DNA of 6,912 nucleotides from Ruditapes philippinarum (lineage: Eukaryota), in assembly GCF_026571515.1 (NCBI RefSeq). It is one part of the record NW_026860139.1 of this genome. One strand, 5' to 3'. The notes beneath the pieces were generated by a model. That model searched no databases. It was not told the DNA's origin and saw only the letters and a list, made by a program, of their open reading frames with translations. The position numbers and the translations under genes were made by a program. Below, piece by piece: positions 1-6,912 of this stretch; position 1 is the first letter of the stretch, and each line of letters opens with the position of its first letter.

Positions 1-1500
1 CTATTATTTTAATGAGTGTTGTGTTCTTTCCTTGTATGACCAGTTTTCAATAGATAGGCCTTTATTGAGAGGTTTTACACTATGTTATGCCTGATGAAGC
101 AGTCTTTAAACAGCGTAGTCGTAGCATTTAATGACCACTTGTTAATAAAGACCATATTTATATTTCCTAAAGAATGGTTTTTAATGAGAGGTTTTACAGT
201 AAAGCACGATCACAGTCTCTTTGAAACATTTAAAAGTGAATTGTGTTTTTCTTTTAACTATCTTTTACTGAATGTTGTGTTCTTTCATTAAATGACCACT
301 TGTCAATAGATTTCGTATTTCGCAATACCGGTCTTTATTGAGAGGTTATCCAGTATGTAATCCTTAAACAGCGTAATTTTAACAGTTGAATATATTTTTA
401 CATTATGTTTGTTTTTATCTTTTCATATTTGAAAAAAATGTGTGCTCTTTACATTATCACCATGTTTACAAAGACTGGCCTTTATTGACAGGTTATACAG
501 TATGTCATAATAATTGAGGTTTCTTCACAGCCATCTTATGGTTATATTTAATGTACAGTATGTATGCTTTAACTTCTTATGTTTGAATCTTGTCTTTTTA
601 TTAAATGATCACTTGTCAATAAAGGCCATATTTATATTTCCTATAGAATGGTCTTTACTAAGAGGTTTTATAGTAAAGTGCGATGACGGAGGACTCCTTA
701 AAACAGTCTCTTTGAAACATTTGAAAGTGAATTGTGTTTTTCTTTTAACTATCTTTTACTGAATGTTGTGTTCTTTCATTAAATGACCATGTGTCAATAG
801 ATTTCGTATTTTGCAACACCGGTTCTTTATTGAGAGGTTATCCAGTATGTAGTCCTTAAACAGCCTAATTGTAATAGTTGAATATATTTCTATATTATTT
901 TGTTTCCATCTTTTCATATTTGAAAAAAAATGTGTGATCTTTACAATACCACACTATGTTTACGAAGACTGGCCTTTATTGACAGGTTATACAGTATGTC
1001 ATAATAATAGAGGTTTCTTCACAGCCATCTGATAGTTAAATTTAATGTATAGTATTTATGCATTATCTGTTAATTTTTTAATCTTGTCTTATTATTAAAT
1101 GTCAATAAAGGCCATATTTATATTTCCTAAAGAATGGTTTTTACTGAGAGGTTTTACAGTATAGCACGATGACCCCTTAAACAGTCTCAATAAAACATTT
1201 AAAAGTGAATTATGTTTTTCTTTGACTGAATGTTATGTTCTTTCATTAAATGACCACTTGTCAATATATTTTGTATTTTGCAAGACCGGTCTTTATTGAG
1301 AGGTTATGCTGTATGTCATTCTTCCACAGATTCATTGTAGCATTTAAATATACTTTAATATACATTATGTTTGTTTTCATCTTTTCTTATTTGAAAAATG
1401 TGTGCTCTTTACATTATCACTTGCCAATACAGTCCATGTTTACCAAGACAGGTTATACAGTATGTCATAATATAAGAGGTTTCTTCAAAGCTATCGCATA
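1..1500. repeat. Internal diverged satellite block (~150-170-bp monomers in ~485-bp trimers), left-truncated by the window
   Basis: The motif GG(C/T)CTTTATTGA(G/C)AGGTT(A/T)TACAGTA recurs at about 57, 176, 330, 477, 650, 821, 971, 1136, 1288 and 1445. Every third monomer is most alike (176/650/1136; 330/821/1288; 477/971/1445). Confidence 0.92.
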
Positions 1501-1607
1501 AGTTCATATCTGTTTCAAACTAAATCGTTACACACTTTTGATATTTCTATTACACAGCTTAGCATTCTTAATTCTAATAAAGACCAACACCATCTATTTT
1601 TTTGTAT

Positions 1608-1613
1608 TTTATT
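1608..1613 (-). terminator. Polyadenylation signal AATAAA, gene copy 1
   Basis: First minus-strand AATAAA after the stop (~110 nt). It is followed ~17 nt later by a GU/U-rich element, GGTGTTGGTCTTT. Confidence 0.7.
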
Positions 1614-1723
1614 CATAATATTGTAATCAAATAACACATTTTAGCACAGCAGTAACAACAAGTTTACACAACAACAAAATAATATATGAAAAGCACTAAA
1701 AAGGCACATTGTATTCTGTATTA

Positions 1724-2578
1724 TCAATCACATCTGGACAACTCACAAACCACGCTGGTCCACACTCCGGCAGCCCTATCTTGGAACGTTTGCCCACTTG
1801 TTGCTGATGATGAAGTGTTAATATTCATCTGTACATTATCGTCTGCTTCTAAACTGGACTTGATCGCTGATGCTGTCTTTTGTACCTGAAATGATTAACA
1901 ATTGAATATAAAATGATTTATTCGAACGGTGAAATGATGAGGCTTTTATGTAATGCAGTTTTACATAACTATCTTATGTTATTTTTAAATAGGCAAAATA
2001 TAATAACGTTAGTACTGATAATTCGATCTGAAATTTATTAATAGTTGAATATGAACATATATGAAATCTGCTAACGAAAAACGACAAACGTAAGTACTAC
2101 AGGTATAGTTCTTTCGAATACTTTAAGCGTTATATCTGTTTAACATACCTCAGTCCATTTTCTGCTGGAATACTGCTTGTACATGTGACACACTCCTTCG
2201 TTGACAGACAAACGGAGAAGTAGACGAAGATGATGAGACTGTTTATCTTCTATGACTGACATCATACTCTGCTGGTCCACATTGGCTATAGCATTCTCTG
2301 AAAAAAAAGAATAAGAATAGAGTTTGAGAGCTGTTCTGCATTTATATGTAATGTAGTATATGCAATATTTAGCTTAATGTACAAGATGAAAATGAATATT
2401 TGTAGTTTCTTTCATTATTAATTCTAACAATTTTTAACTTCAGAACGCTTTATAATGATAAGAGCTACATGTAAATGTAATGAGTATTGTTCTTACCAAG
2501 TTGTGATACAGTCATATCACTGTTGTGAAGAGCCACCAACTTGTTGCGAAGACAACACGCTGCTGAGATAATGTCCAT
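1724..2578 (-). CDS. Spliced 3-exon gene, 130-aa hypothetical protein, copy 1: complement(join(1724..1885,2149..2297,2497..2578))
   Basis: ATG at 2578 has an in-frame TAA 3 codons upstream. Exon 1 is 82 nt with donor TTG/GTAAGA; intron 1 is 199 nt with acceptor TCTTTTTTTTCAG/ (phase 1). Exon 2 is 149 nt with donor GAG/GTATGT; intron 2 is 263 nt with acceptor CATTTCAG/ (phase 0). Exon 3 is 162 nt, ends in TGA and is followed directly by TAA. Phases are consistent and give a stop-free 393-nt ORF: MDIISAACCLRNKLVALHNSDMTVSQLENAIANVDQQSMMSVIEDKQSHHLRLLLRLSVNEGVCHMYKQYSSRKWTEVQKTASAIKSSLEADDNVQMNINTSSSATSGQTFQDRAAGVWTSVVCELSRCD. The exons coincide with the GC-richer islands of the unit. Confidence 0.88.
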
Positions 2579-2729
2579 GCTGATTTATTTGTAGGCAGAT
2601 GAAGTCTATTATATATTATAAGACTATGAATTTTGTGTATTAAGGTAATGACCTGGCTTGGTATAATTTTGCTCAGTGTATATTTTATGAGGTAAAAGGT
2701 TTTATGGCTTGGGTCTTGTGCCGTCTGGA

Positions 2730-2737
2730 TATTTATA
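2730..2737 (-). promoter_or_regulatory. TATA box (TATAAATA), gene copy 1
   Basis: Canonical TATAAATA on the minus strand ~150 nt upstream of the ATG. No other ATG lies between it and the ATG at 2578. Confidence 0.6.
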
Positions 2738-2859
2738 CTGCAATGGTCCATTGTTTTACAGTTTGCATTTTAATTGTTTCGTTAATTTACTTTAATAAGT
2801 TGAACACTGCTTATTGCAGAGAGATATTTTTCTTTTGATCACATGTACATAAAAGGAAG

Positions 2860-3030
2860 ATCAAACAAAGTTAATGGCCATTTAAAATCAATCATCATTT
2901 AATTGTTTGATAATTGGATTTTTATTAATAATAATTAAAGGCTTTAATTGCGTATTTCTAATTAATTAGTTAATCAGCAAAGTAATTAGTCGAATTAAAA
3001 CGATTACCAAAAATGATTGCTTAATTCAAA
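2860..3030. promoter_or_regulatory. Putative upstream enhancer with dense TAAT/ATTA homeodomain-type sites (copy at ~6264-6434)
   Basis: More than 10 TAAT/ATTA cores (TAATGG, TAATTG x3, TAATTA, TAATCA), including the perfect palindrome CTAATTAATTAG at 2958-2969. The AT-rich background lowers specificity. Confidence 0.3.
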
Positions 3031-3049
3031 TTTAAAATTATACTGAAAA

Positions 3050-3207
3050 CATATTCGTTGTTACTGCGTTTTGTTGCTTAAGTTTGTCTGCATTTATTGT
3101 GAACTCTTACTTTACAACCGGAACATAAATATTGTAAAATATTATTTTGTAAACCCCTTATGTATTTTATTAATACCTGGGTGAATAAAGATATTTGAAT
3201 TGAAGAA
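3050..3207 (+). mobile_element. Possible 3' end remnant of a non-LTR retrotransposon (CR1/L2-type tail); copy at ~6454-6614
   Basis: A T-rich, UTR-like stretch ends in AATAAA (3184-3189) followed by GATAT-TTGAA-TTGAA. No coding remnant or target-site duplication was found, and the 5' boundary is a guess. Confidence 0.3.
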
Positions 3208-3264
3208 TATTATGAATAACTAAATGCCAGTATTTCGAACAGTAGAACGAATTATAGTCCTCGG

Positions 3265-4905
3265 AAGACAATTTGTCAATAGAATCCATAATTATATTTC
3301 CTAAAAAATCGTTTTTATTGACAGGCTTTTACAGTACAGCTTGCTTAACGGGGGACGTCTTAAAACAGTTTCATTGAACTATTTGAATGTGAATTATATA
3401 TCTTTTAACTATTATTTTAATGAGTGTTGTATTCTTTCCTTGTATGACCAGTTTTCAATAGATAGGCCTTTATTGAGAGGTTATACACTATGTTATGCCT
3501 GATGAAGCAGTCTTTAAACAGCGTAGTCGTAGCATTTAATGACCACTTGTTAATAAAGACCATATTTATATTTCCTAAAGAATGGTTTTTAATGAGAGGT
3601 TTTACAGTAAAGCACGATCACAGTCTCTTTGAAACATTTAAAAGTGAATTGTGTTTTTCTTTTAACTATCTTTTACTGAATGTTGTGTTCTTTCATTAAA
3701 TGACCACTTGTCAATAGATTTCGTATTTCGCAATACCGGTCTTTATTGAGAGGTTATCCAGTATGTAATCCTTAAACAGCGTAATTTTAACAGTTGAATA
3801 TATTTTTACATTATGTTTGTTTTTATCTTTTCATATTTGAAAAAAATGTGTGCTCTTTACATTATCACCATGTTTACAAAGACTGGCCTTTATTGACAGG
3901 TTATACAGTATGTCATTATAATTGAGGTTTCTTCACAGCCATCTTATGGTTATATTTAATGTACAGTATGTATGCTTTAACTTCTTATGTTTGAATCTTG
4001 TCTTTTTATTAAATGACCACTTGTCAATAAAGGCCATATTTATATTTCCTATAGAATGGTCTTTACTAAGAGGTTTTATAGTAAAGTGCGATGACGGAGG
4101 ACTCCTTAAAACAGTCTCTTTGAAACATTTGAAAGTGAATTGTGTTTTTCTTTTAACTATCTTTTACTGAATGTTGTGTTCTTTCATTAAATGACCACTT
4201 GTCAATAGATTTCGTATTTTGCAACACCGGTTCTTTATTGAGAGGTTATCCAGTATGTAGTCCTTAAACAGCCTAATTGTAATAGTTGAATATATTTCTA
4301 TATTATTTTGTTTCCATCTTTTCATATTTGAAAAAAATGTGTGATCTTTACAATATCACTATGTTTACGAAGACTGGCCTTTATTGACAGGTTATACAGT
4401 ATGTCATAATAATAGAGGTTTCTTCACAGCCATCTGATAGTTAAATTTAATGTATAGTATTTATGCATTATCTGTTAATTTTTTAATCTTGTCTTATTAT
4501 TAAATGTCAATAAAGGCCATATTTATATTTCCTAAAGAATGGTTTTTACTGAGAGGTTTTACAGTATAGCACGATGACCCCTTAAACAGTCTCAATAAAA
4601 CATTTAAAAGTGAATTATGTTTTTCTTTGACTGAATGTTATGTTCTTTCATTAAATGACCACTTGTCAATATATTTTGTATTTTGCAAGACCGGTCTTTA
4701 TTGAGAGGTTATGCTGTATGTCATTCTTCCACAGATTCATTGTAGCATTTAAATATACTTTAATATACATTATGTTTGTTTTCATCTTTTCTTATTTGAA
4801 AAATGTGTGCTCTTTACATTATCACTTGCCAATACAGTCCATGTTTACCAAGACAGGTTATACAGTATGTCATAATATAAGAGGTTTCTTCAAAGCTATC
4901 GCATA
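3265..4905. repeat. Complete internal satellite block (~11 monomers, ~1.64 kb) between gene copies
   Basis: Starts with a diverged monomer (GACAATTTGTCAATAG...TTTTTATTGACAGGCTTTTACAGTA) and continues as the copy of 1-1500. Boundaries are approximate. Confidence 0.9.
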
Positions 4906-5012
4906 AGTTCATATCTGTTTCAAACTAAATCGTTACACACTTTTGATATTTCTATTACACAGCTTAGCATTCTTAATTCTAATAAAGACCAACACCATCT
5001 ATTTTTTTGTAT

Positions 5013-5018
5013 TTTATT
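5013..5018 (-). terminator. Polyadenylation signal AATAAA, gene copy 2
   Basis: Identical context to 1608-1613. Confidence 0.7.
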
Positions 5019-5128
5019 CATAATATTGTAATCAAATAACACATTTTAGCACAGCAGTAACAACAAGTTTACACAACAACAAAATAATATATGAAAAGCA
5101 CTAAAAAGGCACATTGTATTCTGTATTA

Positions 5129-5982
5129 TCAATCACATCTGGACAACTCACAAACCACGCTGGTCCACACTCCGGCAGCCCTATCTTGGAACGTTTGCCC
5201 ACTTGTTGCTGATGATGAAGTGTTAATATTCATCTGTACATTATCGTCTGCTTCTAAACTGGACTTGATCGCTGATGCTGTCTTTTGTACCTGAAATGAT
5301 TAACAATTGAATATAAAATGATTTATTCGAACGGTGAAATGATGAGGCTTTTATGTAATGCAGTTTTACATAACTATCTAATGTTATTTTTAAATAGGCA
5401 AAATATAATTAAGTTAGTACTGATAATTCGATCTGAAATTTATTAATAGTTGAATATGAACATATATGAAATCTGCTAACGAAAAACGACAAACGTAAGT
5501 ACTACAGGTATAGTTCTTTCGAATACTTTAAGCGTTATATCTGTTTAACATACCTCAGTCCATTTTCTGCTGGAATACTGCTTGTACATGTGACACACTC
5601 CTTCGTTGACAGACAAACGGAGAAGTAGACGAAGATGATGAGACTGTTTATCTTCTATGACTGACATCATACTCTGCTGGTCCACATTGGCTATAGCATT
5701 CTCTGAAAAAAAGAATAAGAATAGAGTTTGAGAGCTGTTCTGCATTTATATGTAATGTAGTATATGCAATATTTAGCTTAATGTACAAGATGAAAATGAA
5801 TATTTGTAGTTTCTTTCATTATTAATTCTAACAATTTTTAACTTCAGAACGCTTTATAATGATAAGAGCTACATGTAAATGTAATGAGTATTGTTCTTAC
5901 CAAGTTGTGATACAGTCATATCACTGTTGTGAAGAGCCACCAACTTGTTGCGAAGACAACACGCTGCTGAGATAATGTCCAT
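5129..5982 (-). CDS. Spliced 3-exon gene, 130-aa hypothetical protein, copy 2: complement(join(5129..5290,5554..5702,5901..5982))
   Basis: Exons and splice dinucleotides are identical to copy 1; introns are 198 and 263 nt. ORF-track entry 5545..5745 contains exon 2 in the same frame. Confidence 0.88.
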
Positions 5983-6133
5983 GCTGATTTATTTGTAGGC
6001 AGATGAAGTCTATTATATATTATAAGACTATGAATTTTGTGTATTAAGGTAATGACCTGGCTTGGTATAATTTTGCTCAGTGTATATTTTATGAGGTAAA
6101 AGGTTTTATGGCTTGGGTCTTGTGCCGTCTGGA

Positions 6134-6141
6134 TATTTATA
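6134..6141 (-). promoter_or_regulatory. TATA box (TATAAATA), gene copy 2
   Basis: Identical to 2730-2737. Confidence 0.6.
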
Positions 6142-6671
6142 CTGCAATGGTCCATTGTTTTACAGTTTGCATTTTAATTGTTTCGTTAATTTACTTTAAT
6201 AAGTTGAACACTGCTTATTGCAGAGAGATATTTTTCTTTTGATCACATGTACATAAAAGGAAGATCAAACAAAGTTAATGGCCATTTAAAATCAATCATC
6301 ATTTAATTGTTTGATAATTGGATTTTTATTAATAATAATTAAAGGCTTTAATTGCGTATTTCTAATTAATTAGTTAATCAGCAAAGTAATTAGTCGAATT
6401 AAAACGATTACCAAAAATGATTGCTTAATTCAAATTTAAAATTATACTGAAAACATATTCGTTGTTACTGCGTTTTGTTGCTTAAGTTTATCTGCATTTA
6501 TTGTGAACTCTTACTTTACAACCGGAACATAAATATTGTAAAATATTATTTTGTAAACCCTTATGTATTTTATTAATACCTGGGTGAATAAAGATATTTG
6601 AATTGAAGAAAGAATATTATGAATAACTAAATGCCAGTATTTCGAACAGTAGAACGAATTATAGTCCTCGG

Positions 6672-6912
6672 AAGACAATTTGTCAATAGAATCCATAATT
6701 ATATTTCCTAAAATATCGTTTTTATTGGCAGGCTTTTACAGTACAGCTTGCTTAACGGGGGACGTCTTAAAACAGTTTCATTGAACTATTTGAATGTGAA
6801 TTATATATCTTTTAACTATTATTTTAATGAGTGTTGTATTCTTTCCTTGTATGACCAGTTTTCAATAGATAGGCCTTTATTGAGAGGTTATACACTATGT
6901 TATGCCTGATGA
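6672..6912. repeat. Start of next internal satellite block (truncated)
   Basis: Copy of 3265-3505. Confidence 0.9.
6816..6912. repeat. Start of third tandem unit (truncated by window end)
   Basis: Matches 3409-3505, including the copy-2 alleles at unit positions 23 (A) and 75 (A). Confidence 0.97.

Larger units (their letters stand above)
1..3408. repeat. Macrosatellite / tandem gene-array unit, copy 1 (3408 bp; phase set by the window start)
   Basis: The sequence at position 1 (CTATTATTTTAATGAGTGTTG) recurs at 3409 and 6816. The whole unit is colinear with 3409-6815, and the ORF track repeats at offsets 3408/3405/3404. Confidence 0.99.
3409..6815. repeat. Macrosatellite / tandem gene-array unit, copy 2 (3407 bp)
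   Basis: Colinear with copy 1. By eye there are about 13 substitutions and 5 small indels (-1, -2, -1, -1, +4), and the indels sum correctly to the 3407-bp length. Confidence 0.99.

Noticed and set aside
37-1500. CRISPR-like reading of the recurring palindromic motif
   Set aside because: The intervening sequences are over 100 bp and homologous to each other, the repeats are degenerate, there are no cas genes and the context is eukaryotic.
82-1501. Plus-strand ORFs 82-291, 514-762 and 1250-1501 (copies 3490-3699, 3922-4170, 4655-4906)
   Set aside because: They lie in the satellite and give F/L/I-rich translations typical of T-rich noncoding DNA. Their mutual similarity reflects the DNA repeat, and frames are not kept between monomers.
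1686-1889. Plus-strand 67-aa ORF (copy 5091-5294)
   Set aside because: It is the antisense shadow of exon 3 of the minus-strand gene.
2086-2108. Plus-strand donor-like GTAAGT within intron 2, suggesting an antisense spliced transcript
   Set aside because: I could not build a consistent plus-strand exon chain, and a single hexamer is expected by chance.
2466-2473. TACATGTA palindrome in intron 1
   Set aside because: From memory it is a common word in bivalve and amphioxus genomes. It is at most a weak taxonomic hint, not a feature.
2609-2615. Alternative TATA-like TATATAA on the minus strand
   Set aside because: It would leave almost no 5' UTR before the ATG at 2578. The box at 2730-2737 fits better, though this one is not fully excluded.
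2512-2751. Minus-strand 79-aa ORF (copy 5916-6155)
   Set aside because: It starts upstream of the TATA box, overlaps exon 1 in another frame and stops before the splice donor.
5545-5745. Minus-strand 66-aa ORF as a standalone gene
   Set aside because: It is exon 2 plus intronic flanks. Its N-terminus runs through the polypyrimidine tract and is frameshifted in copy 1 (8 A versus 7 A).
6511-6696. Minus-strand 61-aa ORF
   Set aside because: It is open only in copy 2 because of an indel, has AT-rich composition and lacks supporting signals.
1-6912. rDNA, 5S, histone, snRNA or tRNA array, or an autonomous transposon or virus
   Set aside because: I recognised no structural RNA, histone, transposase, reverse transcriptase, Rep/helicase or capsid sequence, and the unit has no long ORF.

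Overview
This is AT-rich eukaryotic DNA, probably from a marine invertebrate (inferred only). The window holds two full copies and the start of a third of a ~3.4-kb head-to-tail tandem unit (1-3408, 3409-6815, 6816-6912), about 99.4% identical by manual comparison. Each unit carries a three-exon GT-AG gene on the minus strand that the ORF track misses. It encodes an identical 130-aa protein of unknown function and has a TATA box, an AATAAA signal and a GU-rich downstream element. Each unit also has a TAAT-rich upstream region, a possible LINE 3' tail remnant, and a ~1.6-kb spacer of ~11 diverged ~150-170-bp monomers arranged as ~485-bp trimers. The monomers contain an internal inverted repeat resembling a MITE end. 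Overall this is a gene-bearing macrosatellite with three nested repeat levels. The listed single-exon ORFs look spurious, except 5545-5745, which overlaps exon 2.
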